Shown here one piece after another: positions 11,834 to 24,420 of a stretch of DNA of 64,000 nucleotides (positions are counted from its first letter, which is position 1; every line of letters begins with the position of its first letter). The DNA is taken from NCBI RefSeq assembly GCF_001194135.2, contig NC_068990.1, positions 64,455,454-64,519,453 of the forward strand. The letters are read 5' to 3'. This stretch comes from Octopus bimaculoides (taxonomy: Eukaryota). A program made the translations under genes and the position numbers. The notes under the pieces are model-generated. The model did not search any database. It was given only the letters and a program-made list of their open reading frames with translations, and was not told where the DNA came from.

Positions 11834-13797
11834 TTACACACATATAAAATATCTGTGTTTTGTTTGCTTACATTTGTGCTTCTTCAAAAACCATTGAGTT
11901 ACAAGTGGTGTCATTGTTGTCATTTCTCCTGTCAACAAATCATCAGCTGGTTTTGCACCTTTGAAGATGTGTGGAACAAGAGGTCCCTTACTTGGAAAAT
12001 GGATACTGGTCAGCAATAGGAAAAAAATCCAGTTATAAAACAATGTCTCTAAAATATATTTGACTAACCCATGCTAGCATGGGAAAATAGATGTAAAAGC
12101 CATATGGAGGATTTGAAGTGATGCTTCCAAACAGGATATTATTGTTAAGCATTTAGGTCATCACAGGCCAGTGACCTAGAAACCATGTACCCTAGCATCC
12201 ACATCACAATACAACAACTGGTGCCCAGTTGATCTGTGTAAACTTGTTTCTATCTGTAAAGAACATGAGAAGCTACTATGCATTTCAACTTTTGCAAAAT
12301 CTCTGTAGTTGAGGAAATGTGATTCATGAATAAAATGGTGTTCAAATATCAACCAGTAAAATCAGAAGAAATAGTTTAATAGTAGCTTTACTGATTTTGA
12401 ATATTTTTGACATCAGAAATAGCTACAGTAAGCTAAAATGGGGGAAAATGTTAGGAGTTAGCTAACATTGTTTTCTTGACAAGCAAGCATGGAAAACAGC
12501 TCTAACCATTTCTAAGTTAGAAACCAGTTTACGATACAGAAATGCTTTTAAAAAAAAAGATTCAGTCATCTCATATATGTGTCTCTCTCTATATGAATAT
12601 ATATATATGTATGTGTGTGTATATTATCATCACCTGCTGCTCTTCACTCCTGTCATCATTGGTCATCCCTGCCCCCCCCCTCATTATCTTCTCTCTCTCT
12701 CAGTTTTCCTTTGTCTACTATTTCATCACTATAACTATTCTGCTACTCTTCATCTCTTTCATCATTGCTCATCCTCTCCCCTACTTGCCATCCACTCAAC
12801 ACTTGTTCTTCATTTATTATATTCTCCCCACCCATCCACATCTTGCAATCTCTTCTACACTTTAGCAATTCCCACATTCCCACTTCTTCCTCCATTTACT
12901 CACTTCCTACATGAGGATCCACAGAGATGCCTCACCACTTTTATATCTCACCCACCCAGTGACTCTCTACCCTCTTTTCTTAAATGTGAATAGCCATGTG
13001 GCCTCTGTACAACAAGAAATTTGTTCTGCTCTGACCTCTTCTCCCATTCTTTAACCCTTCATCTCTCAGCATAACCCTGCCTCTTTCAGGGTTCATAGTC
13101 TTGCAAACTGCATGGTGAACCCCTCCAGTGCTAGTTAGTGTTATGAAATGCATCCAGCCATAGAAGCCATGTCAAAGTCGATAGTGGAACATAATGCAGT
13201 GCTTAGACCTTTTAGATTTTGTTAAGCCATCCAACCCATGCCAGCATGGAACAAGGATATCAAATGATGATCATACACACACACAGATTTCCTCAGGTAA
13301 CACGGTGCTTGGTTTGCACAGTTTCACTTTGGCAGGTACCACTTTGTCATTTATTTTTTGGTTTTATATTTTCACTCCATTTCTATAAAAGTGAGATTAG
13401 TGACATATACCACTTGCTAAAGTAGCATATATATTGCTTTTATCTTTTTTATATTTTAAATATTTTCAATATTGAATAATAGTTTCAAATAGAAACCAAA
13501 ACTGAACAAGACAAACAGTTTCTGTAGAAATGTGTATTAAAATATTAAATGAACTTTAGAATAGAAAAGGATTCTACAAAATGTGAAAAAATAGTTTTGT
13601 GAAGTAACTGTTGAACATTTAAAATGAACAAAGGCAAAATCACAATCAAACATCTGATCAACTACAGTCTGAATTTTTGGATAGTAAGCTTTCTCTGTGA
13701 TGTGAAATTGTATAACAAAAGTGAAGCAATAACAAAACTGCACACGGATTTGTGTTACAATTAACTAATGTAATAGAAGGTTTGAAATTCTTTAAAA

Positions 13798-13881
13798 CAA
13801 ATCTTTAATGCAGACAAAACCAGCTTATTTTGGATGAAAATGTCAAAAAGGACCTTTATATCAAGAACAGGAGAAAAAGAT
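13798..13881 (+). mobile_element. pogo/Tigger DDE transposase fragment
   Basis: Translates as QIFNADKTSLFWMKMSKRTFISRTGEK, similar to the pogo/Tigger motif QIFNADETGLFWKKMPKRTFIS. Confidence 0.75.
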
Positions 13882-14253
13882 TAGCAAATGTAATGTTATC
13901 ATAAAATTGAATTACATGTGTTATATAGTAATGTGTGGGTGAATGTTTCTGGACCATTAAGTTACAAAACATCAATATTATCAAAGATAAACACACTCTT
14001 GTGTGATAATCATATTTTTAATTTCATTCCAATAACTTTAAATTTTGTTACATTGTTTTTTACTGACAATATCATGAAAAATGTATTTCCCTTGAATTAC
14101 ATGATTTCAACATGCATTATGATTTGCAACGGACCACTGTATACATGCATGTGTATGTATGTATGTACTGGGTTCAGTTCTGTCTTCAGAGCCATCTTGA
14201 ATTCAAATATTCTTTTATTTCCTGTAGAATATATGTATATATATCATACATGT

Positions 14254-14346
<93 letters not shown>

Positions 14347-14499
14347 CATATATCTATATATACATACATATATCTATATATCTACATACACACATATGTA
14401 TACATATCTATACTACTCAAGTATATTGGGGGGAGGGGGACTAGTGAAATGGAAGTGTACCTACAAGAGTTGTTCTTCTCTTCAATGATCAAATGATTG

Positions 14500-16157
14500 A
14501 AAAGTGTAGGTGTCATCTATTTCTATTTGAATATATGCATCTTTTTAAAAAAAAAACAAAGAGAGAATCCTGTTAGTAGGGGGTGGAATGTCATTTTTTT
14601 GTGTTCAGTAGTGGTTTGTACTTTCTAATGAAGAATTCTTCTTTATATTTCTGGAAATGTTCGTTGTCCGACCGTAACTCAAAGATTGTGAATTTTCCCT
14701 TTTCGCTTGATATGAAATGTTCACTGCAAGTAGTGTTTGTTGTTTATGTACACGAACTCTGTCATGTAGTCCCATTCCAGTTTCACCAATGTAGAATTTT
14801 TTGTATTGTGGGCAAGTTGCACAGTAAATTAAGTTTTTTTGTTTTGCAATTCATGTTTGCATTAAATTTTTCCACCCTCTTCAATGTATTCACAAGTTCT
14901 GTATCAAGGGTCCTCACATTTCTTAACTTGCATTGTTTCAATGTTAGATGTAAATTTTACCTTGGTGAGCAGTTTTTTCAGGTTGGGTGCTTGGCATCTG
15001 CTATATATTATTTGCGAGTCTTTTGTGAGTGCATTCATTTCAGGGGATTGCTGGAGAATTAGGAGATATTGTTTGGCAGCTTTCACAATGTTGAAGTTCC
15101 TTGGGTTGTGAGTGACGACAAAAGAGATAACTGTTTTTACCTTTTTATTTTGTTGGTTTGTTTTTCTTAGTGTTGTCACTGGAATCTTCTGGGCCTTGGA
15201 GATGCCCTTATTGATGAGGTTTACTGGGTATTCTTGTCTTTTAAGCAGCCATTTTAGTTCATATAATATTTTTTTCTGTAGTGTGGGGTGCGTTACTATA
15301 GTGCTGATGTGTCTTGCCATGTTAAAGGGAATGTTCCTTTTGGTATGATCGGAAATTTAAGTATTGGTGTGAGTCTGTTAGTTTGTAAAATAGGTTTCTT
15401 TTGATATTTTCCCCTTCTTTAATGATAAGAATATCCAGAAATGGTAGTTCCTTTCTATTACATTTCATGGTAAATTATATTGTTTTGTGAAGCTTGTTTA
15501 TGATGGAATGGTATCTTTGCAGACCTTCTTGGCTTCTATCCCAGAAGATGAAGGAATTGTCGAGGTAACGTTTCCAGTTGTTATTAACCCATTAATGCAT
15601 AGCGTCCAGAAAAATGGATGCAGGAAAAATAACTATTACTTGTTTCATACATGTGTATAGTTGGTTTGTTTGTACATAGCACCTGCTCGCTCATAGAGCA
15701 CTAGTTTAGAGACAGACTATACCAAAAATAAGCTCAATAGGTAGTTTACTTAACAAGCAATAGTAAGTTTTCCTGCGTCTATTTTTCTGGACACTATGCA
15801 TTAATGGGATAATATAGATGGTGAAGTCATGACTCAAGATTTCCTGCAACTAGAAATATAGTTTTGGCTCTAGGTAATCCATAACGAGTGTTGCATATGT
15901 TGAGGCTACTTTGATTCGCATAGCCACTCCTTTTATTTGTAAATACAATTCGTTATCAAAGAGGAAGTGGTTCATTTCCAATATGTATTTGAGTCCTTCC
16001 AAAATAAACACTTTTGGGAATATCTCGGACATACAATCTAGGTGTTTTGTAATCCAGAAGTCAATAGCTTCAATTCCTAAGTCGTAGAATGTTCTGGGCT
16101 TTGGAGATGGCCGTATTGATGAGGTTCATTGGATATTCTTGTCTTTTAAGGAACCAT
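14500..16157 (-). mobile_element. Penelope-like retroelement (RT plus GIY-YIG endonuclease), 5'-truncated and decayed
   Basis: Minus-strand RT motifs LGIEAIDFW, YLQIKGVAM, WKRYLDNSFIFW and LPFLD; GIY-YIG NLIYCATCPQYKKFYIGETG..L.DRVRVH; C-terminus FIRKYKPLLN. Several stops and frameshifts. Confidence 0.88.
15588..15808. mobile_element. piggyBac-type MITE (221 bp) inserted in the Penelope RT
   Basis: TTAA|CCCATTAATGCATAGCGTCCAGAAAAATGGATGCAGG ... CCTGCGTCTATTTTTCTGGACACTATGCATTAATGGG|ATAA. Removing it with one TSD restores the RT frame FTIYINNNWKRYLD. Confidence 0.88.
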
Positions 16158-16593
16158 ATAGTTAATTGTACCAAGGAACCCATGCTAGTATGGAAGGCGG
16201 ACATTAAACGATGATGATGATGATGATGATATATATATTAAAACATAATTAAGGGATCAGCAAAAGTTGCTTCACCACATACCGAAATTTAGAAATAGCA
16301 TTTAAAATACTAATTCTTCTACTACAATATGTCTTCATAGATAGTAATACTCATAACTCACATAGGCAAAAAAGAAGAAAAAATAATAAAGCCAACCAGC
16401 CTTAGTTAATCATGTACTCATTTTGGGATTAGAATGGGATAAAATTCATTTCCTTCTTCAGCATGATATTCTAGATTATAAATTTGAAAATACTGACAAA
16501 AAAACCATGCATGCTCGATCAGGCGACATCGAACATCACATAAGAGAAACAGCATCTCTGAATTTATATTCTTTACCCTATATCCATAATATA

Positions 16594-16760
16594 GGTGCAG
16601 GAGTGGTTGTGTGGTAAGTAGCTTGCTTACCAACCACATGGTTCTGGGTTCAGTCCCACTGTGTGACACCTTGGGCAAGTGTCTTCTACTATAGCCTCGG
16701 GCCGACCAAAGCCTTGAGTGGATTTCGTAGACAGAAACTGAAAGAAGCCAGTCGTATATA
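16594..16760 (+). mobile_element. SINE family A 5' part
   Basis: ggtgcaggagtggttgtgtggtaagtagcttgcttaccaaccacatggttctgggttcagtcccactg...ccttgggcaagtgtcttctactatagcctcgggccgacc; runs into TA repeats and a gap. Confidence 0.85.
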
Positions 16761-16986
16761 TGTATATATATATATANNNNNNNNNNNNNNNNNNNNNNNN
16801 NNNNNNNNNNNNNNNNNNNNNNNNNNNNNNNNNNNNNNNNNNNNNNNNNNNNNNNNNNNNNNNNNNNNNNNNNNNNNNNNNNNNNNNNNNNNNNNNNNNN
16901 NNNNNNNNNNNNNNNNNNNNNNNNNNNNNNNNNNNNNNNNNNNNNNNNNNNNNNNNNNNNNNNNNNNNNNNNNNNNNNNNNNNNNN

Positions 16987-17062
16987 TATATATGTATGTA
17001 TGTATATATGTATATATATGTATGTATATATGTATGTATGTATATATGTATATATATGTATG

Positions 17063-17097
<35 letters not shown>

Positions 17098-17104
17098 GCA
17101 TATG

Positions 17105-17135
<31 letters not shown>

Positions 17136-17164
17136 GTATGTATATATATATATATATATTTATG

Positions 17165-17197
<33 letters not shown>

Positions 17198-17350
17198 ATA
17201 TATATATATGTATGTATATATATATATATGTATATATATATATGTATGTATATATATATGTATATATAGATATATGTATATATATGTATATATATATGTA
17301 TATCTAGGACGATGATGATGATATATAATGTATATATATGTATATATAGA

Positions 17351-17431
<81 letters not shown>

Positions 17432-17495
17432 AGATATATGTATATATATGTATATATATATATGTATATCTAGGACGATGATGATGATATATATG
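16987..17495. repeat. Long (TA)/(TATG) microsatellite field
   Basis: Directly visible; explains the spurious YI/YM-rich ORFs. Confidence 0.95.
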
Positions 17496-17689
17496 TATTG
17501 CTTAATTAAATGGAGTCGCATGAAACGGTTGTACTGCATTAACTTTGGATATCCTTGTTGCTTATTTTGACTTTAATCACCTTATTTTGAAACTGTATGG
17601 ATAATACCATACTTAATTCTGGTGCCTAAACTTGAGTACCATATTCACCTGAATCTAAATTTTTTATGTGTGTGTGTGTAAAAGACACC

Positions 17690-17898
17690 ATTTCGAGCGT
17701 GGCCGTTTTCGTGCGGGTGACACGTAAAAGCACCCACTACGCTCTCTGAGTCATTGGCGTTAGGAAGGGCATGCAGCTGTAGAAACTCTGCCAAATTAGA
17801 TTGGAGCCTGGTGTTGCCATCCGATTTCACCAGTCTTCAGTCAAATCGTCCAACCCATGCTAGCATGGAAAGCGGACGTTAAACGATGATGATGATGA

Positions 17899-17900
<2 letters not shown>
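17690..17900 (+). mobile_element. RTE 3'UTR tail fragment ending in (GAT)n
   Basis: Reverse complement of the 8392-8600 element (aaagacaccatttcgagcgtggccg...ggaaagcggacgttaaacgatgatgat). Confidence 0.9.
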
Positions 17901-17935
<35 letters not shown>

Positions 17936-18699
17936 GCATATTAATAGATACACACACACACACATACAGGTACACATATATGCACTCACTCAAGCATGCA
18001 AACATCATAACACAAAACCCTCGTAATGAACCATTAGTGCTAGTGAAAATGATGTTTTCCTTAAATTATTGAATTGTTAACCATGATATAAAGTCTAATT
18101 AAACATTATTGCTCACCATTAAAAACTGTAGGGTAATCATTTACTTCTGTTTCAAATATGTAAATTAAATAAGAAGCTTAATTTCATTTAAACACTACTT
18201 TCCAGAGCAACAGATAATTCTCTACTTTAAAATTTTTTCCCTTTTTTTCCTGACATTAACACTAAACTTTATCAAGAATGTAAACCAAGTGCTATTTTAT
18301 GATGGACTAAAATATGTAAAACAAATTTTACTACTTAATTTGTTTTAATGAGGAAGGAAATAATTAAAATGTTATTAGTAAATTTGTTAGAAACATGAAT
18401 GTTGGTAATAACATTTTTATCCAACTACTTGTCTATTTATCAATGTAGTTGAAATTTCTTGAAATATTTTTTTATATTTATGTATATATTATGCTTGTTT
18501 CATAACTATCTTTTATACTGTAATTAATTTGTAATTTTGATAATGTAACTACAGAATATCTCGAAAGTTCTCGTTACATCCACATACTAAATAGTCGTGT
18601 TATATACTCTAGAACAAATGGACTCTTGTTATCCTTTTTTATTTGTTTGGTTTATATGAAGGGGCTGAGCCCATGGTCATTGCAGATCATCTGTGACCA

Positions 18700-19100
18700 G
18701 TGAGATCAATGTGGCTAATTCTCTTCTTGAACAATTGCAAGTTCATGGTTGCAAGTAAAATTATTGGCAAAATAGGAAAACCAGAGGGTTGTCATACTGG
18801 AAAGGAAGGACTTGGGAAATGATTTGTGTAATGTCTGGCAGGAAGATCACAGTATGAATGACGGTATGAGTAAAACTGAGTTAGAAGTGCTCAAGGGTAG
18901 TTGAAGAGAGCTCATTACTGAAAAAACAACAAAAAGGCAGTACATTTGTGGGAAGGGTGCTGGAGTGTATTGACAAGCAACTTTGCATTAGTCAGGTGGT
19001 CTTTCTCTTGGTGTCATCAAGGATGTCTGTGCAAGTATAGTAGCGTCTTTCCAACTATGGGAACAGTACTCTATTGCAGATCTCAGTTGAGCTTTGTAAA
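18700..19100 (-). mobile_element. CR1/L2-like LINE ORF2 C-terminal fragment, decayed
   Basis: Minus strand reads LLNLYKAQLRSAIEYCSHSW..., similar to the CR1-group motif LL.LYKAQIRP.LEYCS.IW. Confidence 0.55.
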
Positions 19101-19826
19101 GGTTTAATAGTTGCTGAGAGCTGAAGTATTTCTGGATCTGAAGAGGAAGAGAAGCTTTTATGCTGTAGTCCTTATTATTTTACATGATCATGCACAAAAT
19201 CATGTTATATGGTCAGTATCATCACCAACTTTTAAACATATTGTATTACTGCATTTTAGTCTGAAAGTTTTGTTAGAATTTTTTAAAATGTATGATCTGC
19301 TATTTTGTTTCTTAATAACCACACATTGTCTTCAACAGTTTGGTTTCATATATCTTTGCTATTATGTTTTATAGTAGCATAGTAGGTTAATAAATCTTAA
19401 CATAATTAAGTATATCTCACTCTCATATTTTAGTGAGTGTATCCCTATCATCTCTACACTGTTAATCTTTAGCCCAATCAAACCTGAAATTATTTTTGTG
19501 GTTGTTGCTTAACTCAAATTTGGATATGATCAAACTGACCTATGGTCAAAAGCAATCTTGTCCATTTTTTCTTATCCAGGAATAGTGTAATTTGGACTAA
19601 AATGGATAAAGAGTAAAGACTCCTTTTGGTCATGAATAACCATGGGATTGCATCTAGAAAGTTCTCCTCCAAGGCACAACTCCAGGCAAGGTTGTTTGTG
19701 GAAGACCAGCAGTCACCTATGCATACTTATTTCTCCTCTCCACACCACTGATTTTGTCTAAGGAGAATGCAAAAGCTGATACAACTTGGTACCAGTGACA
19801 TCACAACTTATTTCTACAGCTGAATG

Positions 19827-20356
19827 GGATCTTTTTTAAAACGGGGGCCACATTTTTCATTAATGTTTTACGTAGTGCTTTTGGTACCGAAAGACTTTCA
19901 AACTTCGTATACTTATCTATTTTGTGTTATAGAACAGAAAAATATTTTTGTATTCAAATTTATTTCATGTAAAAAATTGTCTTATTTCGATAATTTCAAC
20001 CAATCACTGACGTTCATTCAGCCGATATACATTAAGTGCCGACTACATAAACAAACGATTCTTCGTTTTATTTGCTTTTTTCATTTTAAATTTGCTTTAA
20101 CCCTAACCCTAACCCTAACCCTAATTCTAACCCTAGGGTTAGGGTTAGGGTTAGAGTTAGGGTTAGGGTTAATTGTTTCAGAATCGTTTGTTTATGGAGT
20201 CGGCACTTAATGTATATCGGCTGAATGGATGTCAGTGATTGGTTGAAATTACAGAAATACGACAACTTTAACATGGAATAATTTATGGATTTCTTTTTTT
20301 TTAAGAAGACTAAGAGAAAAAGATGTTTTATGTGGCCCCCGTTTTAAAAAAGATCC
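19827..20356. mobile_element. 530-bp MITE with 27-bp perfect TIRs, 8-bp TSD and a central telomeric-repeat palindrome
   Basis: TIR GGATCTTTTTTAAAACGGGGGCCACAT (19827-19853) is the exact reverse complement of 20330-20356. TSD GCTGAATG at 19819-19826 and 20357-20364. It interrupts a family C SINE, which rejoins when the element is removed. Confidence 0.93.
20097..20172. repeat. Head-to-head telomeric repeats (CCCTAA)n-(TTAGGG)n, a 76-bp palindrome
   Basis: ttaa ccctaa x4 ttctaa ccct|aggg ttaggg x2 ttagag ttaggg x2 ttaa; three mismatched positions. Confidence 0.97.
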
Positions 20357-20745
20357 GCTGAATGAACTGGAGCAACATGAAATAAAATGTTTTGCTCAAG
20401 AACACAACACACAGCCTGGTCTGGGAACCGAATATCACTCTAACATCACTCTAATAACTGGACTACCTTATCTGATGTCTTTTTTAATAAGTGGGTAGGG
20501 AAAGTTTGCTGTTACAGCAGATCATATTAGAGGCTTTCTTATATGCCATATCAATATTCTCCTTAGTAATTATCCATAGATACTAGGTCAGTTATTGTAA
20601 GAAAATATTTATCCCCTGTTCATATGAGAGGCAGGTTGAAACCCTCAGTAGTATCTGAATAATAACCAGAGATTTGAAAGTAAATGCTTAATATCTCATT
20701 CATTTTACTTCTCTCCTCTGTATCTGCTATCTTTACACCACTCTT

Positions 20746-21200
20746 TTATACCTGATAACTTTTAATATTCCCTATACTATCAATTATTATGAGGATATTA
20801 TTATTGCAAATATCCTTATTCCTATTAATATAGATATTCGCATCACTGTTAAGTATTGATGTTATTTGATATATAATATATAATTGATTATTATTAATGA
20901 AATTACTGCCAACATTTTCAGTGTTATGAATATTGATATTGCTGTTAATTTCTATAATGATATCAACATTGATATTCCAGACAATATCCTTATTGATATC
21001 AACACTGATATTCCAACCAATATCCTTATTGATATTCCAGCCAATATCCTTATTGCTATCAGTATTGTTATCAGTGATATCAGTACAACTTATCACTGTG
21101 AATCAATACTTATTTCTATTAATATTAATATTTCTAATGATGTTGCTATCAATATTGATATTTCTCTTGATATTTTTATTTCTGTCTGTGAAATATCTCT
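20746..21200. repeat. Degenerate minisatellite/low-complexity block built from GATATT/AATATC units
   Basis: Repeated ttattgatattcca(g/a)ccaatatcc units at about 20965-21055. Confidence 0.7.
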
Positions 21201-21782
21201 CTTCATATCAACAATATTGTTGATGCTAACGACACTGTTGCTATCAACAATAACATCTCTGCTTATGTCTCAGTTGCTACCTAGTTTCTTATCAATGCAA
21301 ATGAGATTTCACTCAAGTTATTCCTGCCAATTAACTGTTATAACTGGAGGTGCACGTGCTTGTATATCTTTGTATACTTTAAGGATAATGATGATATGTG
21401 TTTGCATTTCTGTATGCACTTTTAGATGTTGTATATGTACATACGTTGGATTTTGGATGAATATAGTATGTGTTTAGTGAATGTGATTAGTTATATGTGT
21501 GCATGGATGTTTGTAGTATGTTATTTCCTGTTTACATATTTAGTCTTTTCAGTTATTTTTATTCTCTGTAAAGTGTGTGATTCAGTAATGGGCATTTGAA
21601 ATTAAACCTTTTTTGTCTCTGGGGCAATGATAAGGTGAAATGTTGATTGTATTAGTGATAAAATTGATAGTAGTGGTGGTAGTTATTGTGGTGTTTATAT
21701 ATTGTTAAATGTACACAGTATATAGTTATGAGCTACTAATAGTTTCATACACTGAAGATATTATCTAGGCAAGTTTTAAAAC

Positions 21783-22390
21783 ATGACTAGTGTCTCTATG
21801 TATTAGAAAATTACTGTTTTTAACTCTCACAATGAGAGATTTTCAGCAACAGTACTTTGGAGTAAAGATTGTTCGCCAACATAACATGGCAGTCCTGGTT
21901 TAGGATGAATGTTGCTGTAATTTAGCCCCAGGAGACATCATCTCCAGCTGGCTATACAACACGATCTGCGTCCTTATATTTTCAAACAAGGGAATCCAGC
22001 ACCTCCACTCAGCTCAAAACAATATCTGTGTATCACGATTTCTGGGTTATTTCTCTTCATCAGCACAGAATAATTGTTTAGCTAGAGATGGTGCTGCCAA
22101 ATTCCCGTTCGAAATATATAGTTTCCAAAGTGACAACTAGTCACTGATCTATAAATTAGAAAATTACTATTTTTAAATCTCACGACGAGAGAAGGGAAAT
22201 AACCCGGAAATCACGATACACAGATATTGTTTTGAGCTGAGTGAGGGTGCTAGATTCTCTTGTACGAAAATATAAGGACGCAGGTCATGTCATATAACCA
22301 GCTGGAGACAATGTCTTCTGGGGTTTACAGCAACATTCATCCTAAACCAGGACTGCCATGTTATGTTGGCAAACAACCTTTATCTCTAAG
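21783..22390. repeat. Two copies of one repeat family in inverted orientation (arms about 21870-22056 and 22193-22378)
   Basis: ccaacataacatggcagtcctggtttaggatgaatgttgctgtaa...aaaacaatatctgtgtatc is the reverse complement of gatacacagatattgtttt...cagcaacattcatcctaaaccaggactgccatgttatgttgg. A direct-repeat head (attagaaaattact.ttttt.a.tctcac) occurs at about 21800 and 22155. Confidence 0.85.
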
Positions 22391-23484
22391 TAATCTTCAT
22401 GTTCTTGGCATATGGACTATACAAAATGCAAATCATGACAAATAGGAAAAATGAGATGAAAGTGGGTTCAAGAATTGGAATAGTGAAGAAAAATAGACAA
22501 AGAAAGGAAAAAAACAAAAAAATTAAAAATTAGAGTTATGTTCCCTTTGACCATAGAGTCATAAAGCTAGATGGTGCAGAATCATTGGAAGGGGTCTAAA
22601 GTCTGTTCAGTTTGGAGAGGATGTTCTCCAATGTAAAGCTGAAAGATCGCTTATAGTTTTTAGATCTAAGAATTTCACTGCACTGTTGAATTCCAGATAA
22701 GAAATTTTCAGCAAATGCAAACATATAGACAAGTTTCCTTTGGCGAAGTAGAGAACATCAACCTCTCCAGATTGAGCAACTGTAAAATGCAGTGTCAAAG
22801 CTGATGGCATGATTTGGACTTGGTTATTAATCAATGAAATTGATTGCTCCTGAGTACATTACCATCTGCGCTACCCTTACAGACCTGATAATATCACAAT
22901 AAATTATGGTAACAGTAATAATAATGGTTTTAAATTTTGGTACAAGGCCAGTAATTTTCAAAAGTGGGGAGGTTGGTTGCATGATTATATATTTTATGAT
23001 TTAAGTTTGCATGTTTTCGAAATAATCAAGGATTGAAGTTTCATCTTACATGTTTGAGAGTATTAATAAATTTCATTTATACGTTTTCATTAGTTGTGTT
23101 CATAGAAATAAATCAAGTCTATAGCTATTTCCATGCCAGTGACCCTATTATTACCAAGTGAGTTTGCTAGTATGGATACTAATCCAGTTTGTTAATAAGG
23201 GTTTATGTATGTATCAGCATATGTATGTAATGATGACTTCTTCATCCTTATCACATGTGAGAGTGTGTGGGTATCAAGCTTGTGCAAATAAATGAATTTC
23301 TATATATTTTTTAATGACTAAATTAATGTACACCTACTTGGGCACTACATGCATGCACATATATTAAACCCAAAGATGCATGCTCATGTACACTTACATA
23401 TATTTACATATATCGCAGATATGAATTCATACATAAACGCCCACGTGATAATACAGGCTAATATAGTTTTTAAATATATACACA

Positions 23485-23519
<35 letters not shown>

Positions 23520-24059
23520 ATGCAGCACGTGTGTGTGTTGTATGTTGAAGGTAACTGATTTGTCAGTGCCAATGTATTCCGTGTAGTTAAGCTTTAGCGA
23601 TGCAGTTACTTGCATGTTGTACATGCATAAAATACATAGATGACTGTACATGCACGCAATATCAGCTCAAGGAAGGAAGGAATATAACTGTCTTCCAAAG
23701 TAAACCTAAGCATGGAATTGTACTAACATCAGATGGAAAATTGTTTTCTTATGGTAAATAACTGCAGAATTGATTAGGATATACTTAATTTGAAGTGAAA
23801 TGAGTTTTCTGTGTAGTTTGGGAAATTGAAAAACTGATGCAAAACCAATGAGACACGCACATGTATAAAATGAAAATTATGCTCACACTCATGTGCGCAT
23901 ATATGTGTAGAAGTAGGTGTGTGTGGTAGAGTGTGTTTATTTCATCATTTTAGCTGTTAATTTTGATAATGGTCTCTCTGTAGGGTCTACTTGACGTAGT
24001 CTCCCCCCCCCCCNNNNNNNNNNTCTCTCATGATAGCATTTTTATGCCTTTTTCGTCTT

Positions 24060-24420
24060 GGTATCAGTGAGAATTAATAGTTTTCACTTTCAACACCCTA
24101 ATTCATTTTGACACAATACTTTTCAATCTGGAATACATCATGCCTCTGACCCTCATGCCACAGAACATTGGTAAACCTCTTACTTTCAGCTTCTCTTCTT
24201 GCTAAGTATACCTGATATCTGGTTTCTCTTCTTGCTACTGATATTTCTCCTTGCTCTCCCCTTTCTTCAACCATTCTAGCTCTCTTTCTTACCTTATACG
24301 GTTCGATATACTGTACCATTTCACTACCATGTAACCTACCTTGCTCTATCTGCAGATATGGTGGCTTACAGTATGGTACTCCATAGAAACTCTCCTTTGC
24401 CCCGTATGTTTATCTCCTTC
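24060..24420 (-). mobile_element. RTE LINE endonuclease-RT linker fragment
   Basis: ...ARRETRYQVYLARREAESKRFTNVLWHEGQRHDVFQIEK resembles the RTE ORF linker. Confidence 0.5.
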
